From assembly GCF_006345805.1 (NCBI RefSeq), contig NC_043003.1, positions 71,486,001 to 71,550,000 on the forward strand: a stretch of DNA of 64,000 bases. The letters are read 5' to 3'. This DNA is from Octopus sinensis (taxonomy: Eukaryota). This document shows, piece after piece, positions 51,654-64,000 of this stretch. Numbering within the stretch: the stretch's first letter is position 1; every line of letters begins with the position of its first letter. Under the pieces are notes generated by a model. It was given only the letters and a program-made list of their open reading frames with translations. It did not search any database and was not told the DNA's origin. The position numbers and the translations under genes are program-made.

Positions 51654-54600
51654 AAAAATAGGAGTTGAAACTGCACTGAGAATAGTTAAAATATTTTTTA
51701 TTAATATATTTAAAGCTTTAACTGGTTTCACAGTTTACACTGATTTCCAAAAAGTTCAAATAGAAAGACATGGTTTATGTTGCAGCTGTCTTGCTTCTGA
51801 CTAATGTTTGAAACTTACTTTATTTTTACAGGAGGTTCATGGCTCAAATTAGTATATGTTTTGAATAAGATTTGATTGGCAGAGGATAGTCACATGACTG
51901 GTCTTTGAAATTTTTGTAGGTTCCCTGCTATGTCTGTGTGTTAGTATCCAGTGACAATGTTTGATGTTGTAAGTTAAGGCTGACATGGTTGACTGAACAA
52001 GTCTAAACATTCAATGCTATGAATGTTTTCTGTCAAGTGTTTCTAGAGAATGAAGACATGATTAAGTTTATAACCCTTTGGACATTTGCCAGTATGTTAG
52101 CTTGTCATGTGACAATATATTTTGCACCTAAAAATAAGGCTGACACAGTTGAGTGAACATGTTTAGTTATAATCAAGGCACTCCAAATTTAATCTGCCTG
52201 GTGGGAGAATGGACAGGTGTCGTTTGTACATTATTGAAATGAAAAGCAATAATGACATTATAATTAAGGAAGCAGACAAGGGAAGTGCTTTTGTTATTAT
52301 GGATACTGAACACTACAAAAGAGATATACTATCTATATTACATGATACGACCCACTACAGAAAGGTAAATAACTACCATAAAATCAAAGACAATGACTAA
52401 ACTGAACACACTCATTCACAGACATCAAAAAGGTTTAACAAAGAATGTGACTACCTAACCCATTTTGATTGCAAGACTAGCTGCTTCTATGGTTTCCCAT
52501 AAATTTATAAGAATCAAACTATTAAGAATGCATATAAAGGACCAACTTCAAGTTGCATAAACATACAATATCCCACCAATCTTGAATTTAGACCAATTGT
52601 AGCAAATTTTTAGACACATTACTAAAACCTATTTTAAAATACATACCAAGCCTTGTAAGGGATGACCTGAACCTGTTAAACCACCTCCCAAAATTCATAC
52701 CACTATTGTATCTTTTGATGTGGCAAACCACCATACCATAATCCCACACCAATATTGACTAGAGACAATAAATTTCTGGCTTGAGAAATTCCCTCATGAA
52801 ATTCCAGACAGAATTGAAAAGAGTGTCATCACTAAAGGATTAAAGCTTATTCTTGAAAACAACTTTTTTGATTTTGATGGCAATATTTATAAACAAATAT
52901 CTGGGACTGCAATAGGAACAAATTTTGCACTGACTTACACCAGTCTAGTTATGGCATACATGGAGGTCCAGATATATGAAGAATCTAAATTAAAATATGG
53001 CTTGAACTTCCACAAATATCTACTAGAAAACTGGAAATGTTACTTAGATGACTGCCTAATCTTATGGATACACACATTTGAACAATTTATAGATTTCAAA
53101 AATCTAATCAACAGCATAAATAATAATATTAACTTTACCACAGAATACAGTAAATCTCAACTACTATTCCTGGATATACTAATCATCAAAAGAGATAAAA
53201 TCATTGAAACAGATATTCACTACAAATAAACAGATTCTAAACACTATTTACTGTTCTCCTCATGTCATCCCAAATGCACAAAGAATAATAATCCCTTTAA
53301 TCTACCAAGAAGAATCTTCACAATTGTCTCAAACCCTGAAATTCACAATAAAATACTCCAGGAACTAAAAAAAGTACTACTTAAAAGATAATATCCTTTA
53401 ATGTTAACCACAGAAAATGAAAAACACTCCAGATACATCCAATACTCTACTCTTTATTACAACACACAAACCAAGAAACACAGAGGTTTACAATATCATC
53501 CACCAGGACATCCCACTACTAAAACAAGACCCAAGAATGAAACAAGCATTCAAAATACACAAAAGTAAAAGACAATCAAAGTCCCTCAAAAATTTCCTCA
53601 TAACTGCTAAATTACCTTCCACAATTCCTACACTGACAGTCATAAAGTATGGCCACCCCAACTGCGAGACCTGCATCAATCTTATTGAAGACACAACATA
53701 TAAATTCAAATCAGGACAGATTTTTTACTATAAAAAAATCACTTTACATGTTCTTCAAGGAATTTAATATACATTATCAAATATCAAGGATGTAATGAAG
53801 ATTACATAGGTCAAACTATGCTTACTCTAAGAAATAGACTGACCATTCACCAACAACAAATATAAGACGCCAGTACTAGACAAATTCCACTGAGTGGATA
53901 CATAGACATACATGCAAAAAAATGTCCCCAAAATTCCAGGTTTCCCCACTCTAGCTATGTTCAGTGAATACTACAGATAAAGCATGGATAAACAAAGAAA
54001 ATACTTTCACATGAAAGTACAAACCAAGACTTAACAAACTTTAACAGAGTACATACACAAATAACTATTCACACAAAAAACTCATTTTGTCACTTATGAG
54101 GAACCTACACAGCTAACAACCTAAAGTTTAGCCACTGGACTACATACAAACAACTGCCCACTCTCCCACCAGACAGATTAAATTTAGAGTGCCTTGATTA
54201 TAACTAAACATATTCACACAACCGTGTGGGCCTTCTTTTTAGATGGGAAACATACAAAAGGTTATAAACTTAATCATGTCTTCATTCTCTAGAAACACTT
54301 GACAGAAAACATTCATAGCATTGAATGTTTAGACTTGTTCAGTCAACCGTGTCAGCCTTAACTTACAACATCAAACATTGTCACTGGATACTAACACACA
54401 GACATAGCAGGGAACCTACAAAAATTTCAAAGACCAGTCATGTGACTATCCTCTACCAATCAAATCCCATTCAAAACACATACTAATTTGAGCCATGAAC
54501 CTCCTGTAAAAATAAAGTAAGTTTCAAACACTAGTCAGAAGCAAGACAGTTGCAACAAAACCATGTCTTTCTATTTGAACATTTTGAAAATCATTGTAAA

Positions 54601-54680
54601 CTGGGAAACCAGTTAAAGCTTTAAATATATTAATGAAAATATTTTAACTATTCTCAGTGCATTTTCAACTTCTATTATTT
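51654..54680 (+). mobile_element. Neptune-like Penelope element with ~550-bp inverted pLTRs
   Basis: 51654-52230 is the reverse complement of 54141-54680; the pseudo-ORF lies between them. Confidence 0.9.
52231..54044 (+). pseudogene. PLE reverse transcriptase + GIY-YIG endonuclease pseudo-ORF (5'-truncated)
   Basis: IIIKEADKGSAFVIMD, GTAIGT, WKCYLDDC (53041), FLDI, SCHP, NCETC, LIYIIKYQGCNEDYIGQT; frameshifts and stops. Confidence 0.9.
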
Positions 54681-54715
54681 CTACCCATATGGAATAAAAT
54701 AATTTTGTTTTCCAC

Positions 54716-54748
<33 letters not shown>

Positions 54749-55171
54749 GATTGGGGAGTAAGAGTGTGTGTGAAATTTTATATTCTGATTCCACATATTG
54801 CTTGGAGTTCATTTTGGTGCAAAAACTAAATTAACAAATTTTAAAAAGTATGCAACCACTCCTACCCCTTGCATATCCACCACTCTAATTCTGCATTTTG
54901 AATACTGAAAATGTAAGGAATTGTAAACTTGTTTTAATGCTATTAACTTTGTATTGATTAAATCTTACCTATATCACATTTTATAAATTATATGCAACCC
55001 CACAACCACCTGAAAAAAACAGTTATTGGAATCTTTAACTACTTATGTAGTTTATTAGTTTGCTTTTTTTTTACAAAAAAAGCCTATATTCAGAAAAGCA
55101 TTTTCAATGTAAAAATAATGTAAATTCTTAATGACTATTATGATATGCAATAAAAAAAATATGCATGAACA

Positions 55172-55750
55172 TCAAACAAAATACATTATCAGTGAACACC
55201 ATAAAATATGCATTGACCATTGCCTTTTCCAGTTAAAGTGAGGTAAACTTTGTCTTGATTTCTGTACATTTAATATTAATTTATGCCTATTTTCATGGCC
55301 TATTCTGACTTCAGAAGATTTAGTCACTAAATTGATAGCATGTTTGACTCCTTGGCTATGGCAGTCAAATCTTTTTATTTGTTTGACATAACAAGTGCAT
55401 GTGTATGTGTCAAACATTTCATTGAACTCCTCTAATTTCTTATCAAAACTATCTCCTCTTTGCTTGATAAGTGTTTTGTTTAATTTATAAGCAGATTCAA
55501 TCAATCTCTCAATTTTTAGAGTTATTCCCTCCAACCCAATATAAGAAGAAAAAAATTTGTCCCATATTGTTTTCACATGTACAGCAACAATCTCTGAGCA
55601 TTCTTTTGCTGTGGGTGAAGTTTTTGATATCTGTTCTTAATATTTTCTTATGTATAAATAATGTTGGAATACATCAGCCTTTGATGGGGTCATTGCTGTA
55701 GGAAATTCTGCAGGGAATCCACATGTTGAATAATGGCTTTTATTTCTAGT
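55172..55750 (-). mobile_element. DNA-transposon remnant, Sola2-like, internally deleted
   Basis: N-terminal-type MFDTYTCTC joined to C-terminal-type CHSQGVKHAINLVTKSS...SRQSLPHF (cf. CHxQAVERxVKLVTEAS); family assigned from recall. Confidence 0.5.
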
Positions 55751-55876
55751 TGCCATTATATAATTTTATATATTTAAATTATTACAATTTAAATTTATGT
55801 AGATATTTTTGTAAAATTATAATACAATTTAGCTCTGAAATAATCTGAAAAACAAAAGAAAATCACTTAACAAATG

Positions 55877-56095
55877 CTCTTTTACTTGACTCTTTTACTT
55901 GTTTCAGTCATTTGACTGTGGCCATGCTGGAGCACCACCTTTAGTTGAGCAAATCAGCCCCAGGACTTATTCTTTGTAAGCCTAGTACTTATTCTATCAG
56001 TCTCTTTTGCCGAACCACTAAGTTACGGGGACGTAAACACACCAGCATCAGTTGTCAAGCGATGTTGGGGGACAAACACAAACACACAAATATAT

Positions 56096-56130
<35 letters not shown>

Positions 56131-56305
56131 CATATATGTATACGACGGGCTTCTTTAAGTTTCCATCTACCAAATCCACTCACAAGGCTTTGGTCAGCCC
56201 GAGGCTATAGTAGACGACACTTGCCCAAGGTGCCATGCAGTGGGACTGAACCCAGAACCATGTAGTTGGTAAGCAAGCTACTTACCACACAACCACTTCT
56301 ATGCC
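55877..56305 (-). mobile_element. Full-length OK/OR-type SINE
   Basis: Reverse complement of 25804-26210. Confidence 0.9.
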
Positions 56306-56701
56306 TATACATATTCTAAAAAATGTATACATATTCCAAAAAAAATTCATTTAACACACTGAAACGTTATAATTTTACCATGTTGGAGGGGTACCTACCA
56401 ACCAATTGTCTTATATCTCAATGTTTTTGCTATTGTTAGTCATCAGATGTTTCAAACAAGGTTTCCACAGTGAAATATGATCAAATGTTTTATATCCGTA
56501 AGCAATTTAGTATGTATGTGTTAGAGATTATACGATTAATAAAGAAAATTAGGTTATTTTATTGAAGGAGGGGTATGATATGGGTAAGGGGGCAGAGGGT
56601 CACACAACAATAATTTCCAATTATTTTATTTAAAATACTATTTGAAACTCTGTGCATACCATGGAATTAAGGCTCCTTTAAAATGGTTGTTTCGATCACA
56701 C

Positions 56702-56750
<49 letters not shown>

Positions 56751-57456
56751 ATATATATACAAAATTGGGACAAAAATGCAATAGTGGACATCAAAACGTT
56801 TGGACAGATAGACGACACAAAGGCAGACAAGAGAAATAACAATTAGAAGGACAGGCAAAAAAAGACAGGTCATTTTTGGCTTTCTTTCATCAGTTGAGTA
56901 CCAGAAGTCATGACCATTTTGGACAGTTACACTTGAGATGGTTCAATCTGGTTGTCCCCTAAAAAGTCTAAGCTAAGAGTATTAGAACCCTTCGTAAGAA
57001 AGCTAGCAAATGTGTATGGCAACAAAGATGAAGAAACAAACAAAAAACGGAGAACATGGTACACAATTATGAATACAACAAGAAATAACAACAGGCGTCT
57101 TTTGACTGAGAATTATTCAAATTGAGCTGGCATATATGAAATAAAAGCCTAAAGGCAGGAACATGGGACATGGACACAATCAGGCCAAGAAAGAAATATC
57201 ATGGCTGGCCAGATATTTCATGTGGAGGGAGGAGAGATGGGTAGGAGACAGCGGGATTGGAGGATTAGATAAAAAATCAGAGACAAAGGGAAAGGTGCAG
57301 GGGAGACAAATGAGTGAGAAATAGTGGGAGTTAAAGAAAGAGAAGGCCAAGAAATGTGAGAGAGGGGCAGAGAGAGAAAGGAAGAAAAATGAGAGGGGGA
57401 ATAAAAGATAAAGTTAGAGTCATACAAAATTTAGATACATACCTACTATAAGGTGA

Positions 57457-57525
57457 GCACAAGGGTGTATGTATGCACAAGGGTGTATGTATGCACAAGG
57501 GTGTATGTATGCACAAGGGTGTACG
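57457..57525. repeat. 18-bp tandem repeat (gcacaagggtgtatgtat), about 3.8 copies
   Basis: Near-perfect units. Confidence 0.9.
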
Positions 57526-57527
57526 TG

Positions 57528-57568
<41 letters not shown>

Positions 57569-57580
57569 CATTATAGATAT

Positions 57581-57772
57581 CATCACGTGACCGACCAGTC
57601 CATCAGATGTAGTTACACATCGCTGGTCAGAATGCGTTCGCATTGTTTTAGCTTTCGAATGACGCTACCCCGCTGGCTAAGCAAGCAGGCCAACAGAAGA
57701 AAGTCTGGGAATCGAAACCGTGATCCTACGACCGCGAGTCCGCTGCCCTAACCACTAGGCCATTGCGCCTCC
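57581..57772 (-). mobile_element. tRNA(Arg)-like SINE with an internal deletion and a 13-bp TSD
   Basis: Reverse complement of 28644-28936 lacking ~100 bp; acattatagatat at 57568-57580 and 57773-57785. Confidence 0.85.
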
Positions 57773-57994
57773 ACATTATAGATATAACATATATATATAT
57801 ATATATATATAATATATATATTATATTATACAATATAAGATATAACACACACATATATATATATCATATATATTATACATTATAGATATAACACATATAT
57901 ATATGATCAGGAAATCGTAAATCCAAAAGAGAAGCACACTCTAATTTATAGAGCAGTAGAGTAATTAGATGAAAATAGTTATGTCTGGTCTATG

Positions 57995-58053
57995 GGGTTA
58001 CTCTAGATTTCACGTCCATAAAGCATTTAACTTTACAGTATTTCTTCAGACCC
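57995..58053 (-). ncRNA. Type I hammerhead motif in a solo pLTR-like unit
   Basis: Minus strand: gggt-CTGAAGA-aatactgtaaagt...gctttatggacgt-GAAAT-ctaga-GTA-accc; the base of stem II is imperfect. Confidence 0.65.
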
Positions 58054-58589
58054 TAATGGCCGCTGACCTATAACCACTCTTCAAGGTGCAGGGAGAAAAG
58101 GACTCATAGCTAGTTATCAACACACACATGCACACACACACACACACACACACAGAGTATGTACGTGTGTATATTTCAAAAATTACATTTCCTATATTCG
58201 TTTCAATATCTCACATAAATCCTCAAAAGTATATCATTACTAATACAACAATATAATAGTTGTACATGATGCGATTATTATCTTAGCACAGATATTTTTC
58301 ATAATATGAAATTCCAGTCACCATTGCTAATATATAGAGAGACTCAAATAAACGAAAGCAACAAATAATGGATCAAAAGAATGAATGCAAATAATAATGG
58401 TAATAAATCTACGAAGAAGCATGCTATCTGCTCATCTGCCAGCTCAGCATGGACAAATAAGCAATTAATCCTTTTTCCATAGTTAGACAGATGGCATTGG
58501 TCAAATGAATCAGACAAGCTGATGACAATAAAAGATAGCAAATGTAAATATCAAAAGTAAGACAAAGCTGTGTTATTAGGGGTCACACC

Positions 58590-58760
58590 ATCATCATTCT
58601 CCTCATTTAACATCTGCCTTCCATGCTAGTGTGGGTGGAACACTTTGACAGGAGCTGGCCAGGCAGAAGCCTGCACCAGACTACTATTCTGTGACTGTTT
58701 CAACAGGATTTTTACAGCTGGATGCCCTTCCTAACACCAACCCACCCAGCAGAGTGGACT
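58590..58760 (-). mobile_element. Old RTE 3' end
   Basis: catttaacatctgccttccatgctagtgtggg...cagctggatgcccttcctaacaccaac. Confidence 0.7.
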
Positions 58761-58780
58761 ATTTAAATCCCATGTGCATG

Positions 58781-58839
<59 letters not shown>

Positions 58840-59683
58840 ATGTGCGTGTGTATATATACATATACACACACACACACACATATATACATAAAAAGAAATG
58901 TATACAAATACATCTATCTTTAGCATATAGGAATCCACTTTAGTGGTCATTCCTCTTATCATTTGTAAATACATCAATATATATAATAAGCTATGTATCT
59001 TTGTATATAGTACAAAGTAAGATAGGGGTTATGAGGGTTACCCACTATGGGATATCAGTTATCCAATATACTGCTGGTGAAGCATTTTTTGTGAGTAATA
59101 CTTCAGTGATTGAAGCTGTAGAATTTATTCTAAATTATATAGTTTATACTTTTTTAAATCATTCAACATGAGCTGTAGACATTCTGTTTAGTTTTTGCAT
59201 TCTTCTCATGATACTTGATGAAACTTTTCTAAATTATCCAACAGCATTTCTACTTTGTTGCTGTAATAGCATCTCTAATTAGTTTTTCTGTTTGTTTTTT
59301 TGTATTTGAAAGTTCATTCTTCTTAATGCTTAATTAATCTTATCTTACATATAGTAAAATGCAATGTGTTTCACATCGGTAACACTAGCAGAAGGAAACT
59401 AAAACAATAAACCAAGTTGGAGTGAGTGACTGTCAGAAATGCTAAATGCAGGTGAAGTGCAGTGAGAGGTTTCACTCAGAAGTCATTGTACAATTTTTAT
59501 CATAAATATTTATTTCAACAATTTAACATATACACACATTCATTGGTCAATAACCGATGAAGAATAAGGGTCCTTCTGTGTCTGTCCTACGTGTATGTTT
59601 TGTAGTTTTTAATGCATTTTTCTTTTATGGCATAACTGAATGCATCCTGACTTTTGTTAACAATAAGTTTATATATATACATA

Positions 59684-60905
59684 CAGGGGTTGGACAAAAT
59701 AATGAAAACACCTAGCATCATAGCATTATAATTTTGAAATATCTATAAAACTGTCGAAAGTTTGTTTATTTTTATGTTTTTTGATTTATTATTAGTGTTG
59801 CTTAATTTGTTTTGATAAAATTGCTGTTTCTTTTCAGATATCATCAGAAAAAGATAATTAAAATGACAGATCTATCAGACTTTCAAAGAGGTCAAATTCT
59901 TGGCGCTCGTATAGCAGGTGTTAGCGTCCGAAATGCTTCGTGTATCAAGAAGTACTGTCTCGAAAGTAATGACAGCCTTTGAGAAAGAGGGAAAACCTCC
60001 TCGTTGAAACAAAACTCTGGAAGAAAACCAAAACTTTCAGATAGGGACCGTCAGACTCTTACACAAATTGTTAGAAAGGATCACAAAAGTACAGCTCCCA
60101 AAATTACTGTAGTGCTTAATGACCACCTTGAGAACCCAGTTTCCCCCAAAACTATCCTCCGAGAGCTACACAAAGCCAAATTTCCCAGGAGAGCTGCAAT
60201 CAGAAAACCACCACTTTCAAAAACAAACATTGCAAAGCATTTATAGTGGAGTAAAAACCCACAAAATTGGTCCCCAGAGCAGTGGAAGAATGTTATTTTC
60301 TCAGACGAGTCATCCTTTACCTTATTTCCAACCACCAGCCAAGTATACGGGGGGAGACAGCCAAAAGAAGCATTTGACCCAGACTGCCTTCTTACAACTG
60401 TTAAACATGGAGGAGGATCTGTGATGATCTGGTGGGGCTATATCTTAGAAATCCATTAGCCCAATGGCTTCCCTTCATTGCAAAATTAATAGTCAAGACT
60501 ATTTAAGCATTTTTTCAGATCAAACTCATCCTATGGTTGTGGAACTGTTTCCGGAAGGAAATGCAATCTTTCAGGATGATAATGCACCAATTCACACAGC
60601 TAAAATTGTTACTGATGGCATGCAGAACATTCTAGTGAAGTTGAACATCTTATCTGGTCATTACAGTCCCCAGATCTCAATATTATTGAACATTTATGGT
60701 GCACTTTAGAAAAACAAGTAAGGAGTCGATATCCTCTACTATCATCACTACAAGAACTAGAGACTGTTTTAGCTGAAGAATGGACAAAAATTCGTTTGGA
60801 AACAATTCAAACTTTGTATGAGTCCATACCCCATAGAATTCAAGCTGTAACTACTGCCAAAGGCGATCCTACCCCATATTAAAATAAATTTGTTTGAAAT
60901 TTTAA
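59684..60905 (+). mobile_element. Tc1-type transposon; left TIR present, right TIR missing
   Basis: TA|caggggttggacaaaataatgaaaacacc; pseudo-ORF 59863-60882 with MTDLSDFQRGQI, VIFSDESSF, FQDDNAPIH and SPDLNIIEHLW. Confidence 0.9.
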
Positions 60906-60909
60906 GTGG

Positions 60910-62450
60910 CCTTGGGCCAAAATTTGTAATTGTTAGCATGCTGGGCAAAATGCTAAGCAGCATTTAAATCATCTTCATGTTCTGAGTTCAAATTCTGCTG
61001 AGGTTGACTTTGCCTTTCTCCTTTCAGTGTCAATAAAATAATTATTAGTTGAGCAATGGGATTGAAGTAACTGACTTTCTCCCTCCCCTAAAATTTCAGG
61101 CCTTGTGCCTATATCAGAAAAGATTATTATTATTTTTATTATCATTAGTTAAGAGCAGTGAGCTTGACAGGATTGATACAATATTGGAAAAAAAAAAAAA
61201 AAATGCACCATGGCATTTATTCCAGATCTTTACGCTCTTAATTCAAATCCCACTGAAGTCAGATTTGCTTTTTATCCCTCCAAGATCAATAAAATAAAGC
61301 ACTACCAAGTATTGATGTTAATGGTATCAACAAATCCTTTCCACTGAAAACTGTTGATCTTATTCGTGAATTATTATTATTATTATTATTATTATTTAAG
61401 GTGGTGAGCTGGCAAAATCATTAGCAGGCCAGGCAAAGTGCTTAGTGGTATTTTGTCCATCCTTACTTTCTGAGCCCAAATTCTGCCATAGTTGATTTTG
61501 CCTTTCATCCTTTTGGGGTCAATGAAATAAGTACCAGTTGAGTACCGGGATCAATGTAATTGACTAGCCTCCTCCCCGAAATTTCAGGCCTTGTGCCTAT
61601 CGTAGAAAGGATTATTACTATATGTAGTGAAGCAGCAGAATCACAAGGGCACTGGAGAAAATACCTTGTGGTTCTAAATTGCAACTCTTTATATTAAATC
61701 CATCCAAGGTCAACTTGGTCTTCTTCTTGTCAGGATGTGCCAGTCAAGTACTAGTGCTGATGTTATCAACTAAACCACTCCCCTCTGATTTTCTAGCCTC
61801 ATGCTTAACTCATAAAACCTTAAAATAGCAGTGAAGTGGCAGAATCATTAAAGAATCAGAAAAAAAGATCTTGCTGTATTTCTGGCTTTTCATGTTCTGA
61901 GTTCAGCTTTATCTTTTATCCTCTGGGTATCAACTAACCCCAACCCATACTGATGGCTTTGTACCTAAATCAGAAACCATTATTGTTATTGTTACTATTA
62001 TTATTATTAAGGTGGCAAGCTGGCAGAATCATTAGCACAACGGACAAAATGCTTAGCAGTATTTTGTTTGTCTTTACACTAAGCTCAAATTCAGTTGAGG
62101 TTGACTTTGCTTTTCAGGGTTGATAAAATAAGTACCAGCTGAACTTAACCTTTCTCCTGAAATCGTTGGCATTGTGGTAAAATTTGAGACCATTAGTATT
62201 ATAATATTATTATTATTAAGGTAGTGAGCTGGTAGAACTATTAGAAGGACCAAATGCTTAGTGACATTTTGTCTGTCTTTGTGTTCAAATTCTTAGTGAC
62301 ATTTTGTCCATCTTTGAGTTCAAATTCTGCAGAGGTTAACTTTGCTGTTAATCCTTTTGGAGTCAATAAAATGCCAACTGAATACTGGGGTTAATGTTAT
62401 TGACTTTCCCCCACTTACTTCCAAAATTGCTGGCCTTTATTATTATTATT
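60910..62450 (+). mobile_element. Head-to-tail array of about 7 Nin-domain SINEs
   Basis: Units aaggtggtgagctggca...gcctttcatcctttt...aggccttgtgcc start near 60925, 61150, 61398, 61625, 61825, 62008 and 62218, mostly separated by (ATT)n. Confidence 0.8.
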
Positions 62451-63339
62451 ATTTGTGGCAATGGTGGTGGTGGTGGTGGTGGTGGTGGTGGTAGAAACAG
62501 CCATAGTAGTGGTGATATAAATTCCTAGTAATAAAAATATCACTTTATTTCCCACTTTTATTTCCAGTTAAGTCTGATGGATTAAAAACATTTTTTTTCT
62601 GACAGAATATTTAGAAGACATTGCAAGTGAGAGGTAGTAACATGTGTTAACCTAGCAATAACTATATGGATTCCTTGTTGCTATGGATTTTCTTCAAAGA
62701 AAGGAGGAATATTTTGGAAAATATCTTACAACAAATTATGGAATAATGTCAACTGGAACTAGAGAATATTGACATAATAGAATAAAGAAAAAAGAACTTT
62801 CTTTTTATGGAATTAAATGATCTGACAAGAATTATAAAGATTATATAGAAAGACAAATACTTAGTTTGGTTTGACAGGAGAGAAGTTGAAAGTAGAAAGT
62901 TTTTTGAGGTTTTATTAGTAATAGCTAAGAATTATGAGGCTTACGGAGTTACCATTATACAGTGTGTCTGGGGAAAAAAATCAAGAGTTTGTTGGAAAAA
63001 TTGTATTTGAAATGACAAAGATGCAATTTTATTTAAACATGCCTTCATTGTTAAATAAAAGTTAGTTTGGAACAGAACTGAAGAAAAAAACCCCAAGAAA
63101 ACTTTTGTTTGAATGAAGAGTTATGGAGCAGTAACAGAGACGAGGTAGGAGTTAGTGAACAAGTAATTAAAAGATTAAGTTGAACTTCACATACACTCCA
63201 TCAAATTCTCTCTTCAATCTCATCACTATGTCATTTCTGGTCACTTCCAGCCAACTGGATCCATTGGCCTTCACAATGTTCCTTTCATTTCTTTCAAATA
63301 GTGGCCCTCTAGAGCAAACCCCTTTTAGTACTAAAAATT

Positions 63340-64000
63340 TTAATGTGTCCTGATCTTTGGGAACATACAAGTGTGTTCTATCCCTACAAAAGAAGAGCAT
63401 ACCGATTCTCACCAACAACCAATCTAACTTTCAAAATCTCTAAACTTAAGGTAACAGTTGTTAGCAGTTACCCTCTCCCTTTCTATCCTTAGTCGCCCCA
63501 AGAGAGATTCCATAAAACCAAATCTTCTAGGAACTTGATCTTTTACATCACTCATTAGTGGTTCTCATTCTTAAGAATTTTGGTGAAAATAATGTTGCTG
63601 CATTTGACATCTCCAGGATAAACTACGTGTCTATGGACTTCATCAGTCAGATCACACCATTACAATGTAGGCTGTGGTGTGTCCCAAGGTCCAGTTATAT
63701 CACAAATTTTCGTCTATCACTACATTAATGATCTATTTACTGCCACCTCTAACAATATTCACTCCCAATGAAGATGGTCCCACATTTCCTGACCTTCCAC
63801 ACATAGACACCAAGTACATGTAACTTAGATATCAAACCTGCACTGGTTTCATGAACAGAGGCCTGAAGACTTTATTCTAAAGAGACATAACAATCTTGTC
63901 TCCTTCAATAACAACATGAATACATGGTCAATAGAATGAAGGAAGCAGTATAGTATATCATCATCTCTAGTCTTAAACAACACAGAATTAAACCCCCACT
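63340..64000 (+). mobile_element. Highly decayed CR1/L2 RT fragment
   Basis: Reads NVGCGVSQGPVISQIF..YINDLFTATSNNIHS (cf. GVPQGSVLSPxLF..YINDL). Confidence 0.6.

Overview
This window is AT-rich, repeat-saturated animal DNA with no intact protein-coding gene, rRNA, true tRNA gene or CRISPR array. The repeats are tRNA-derived SINEs of the OK/OR1/OR2 type, Nin-domain SINEs, RTE LINEs ending in (GAT)n, and many (TA)n/(CA)n tracts. From my recall of these families, this points to an intron or intergenic region of an octopus (coleoid cephalopod) genome; I did not verify that by search. Recognisable decayed elements are: three large Penelope-like elements (PLEs) plus fragments, RTE, L1/Tx1 and CR1/L2 LINE pieces, a Ty3/Gypsy integrase end, a maT (DD37D) and a Tc1 transposon, a Helitron with a Pif1 helicase remnant, and a Sola2-like transposase remnant. 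The most notable unannotated signal is a set of about seven type I hammerhead-ribozyme motifs from several different repeat families. They lie in PLE pseudo-LTRs or in short solo pLTR/retrozyme-like units beside microsatellites, and one (24729-24811, minus strand) looks fully intact. All motif readings and base pairings were made by eye; element boundaries are approximate unless a TIR or TSD is given.
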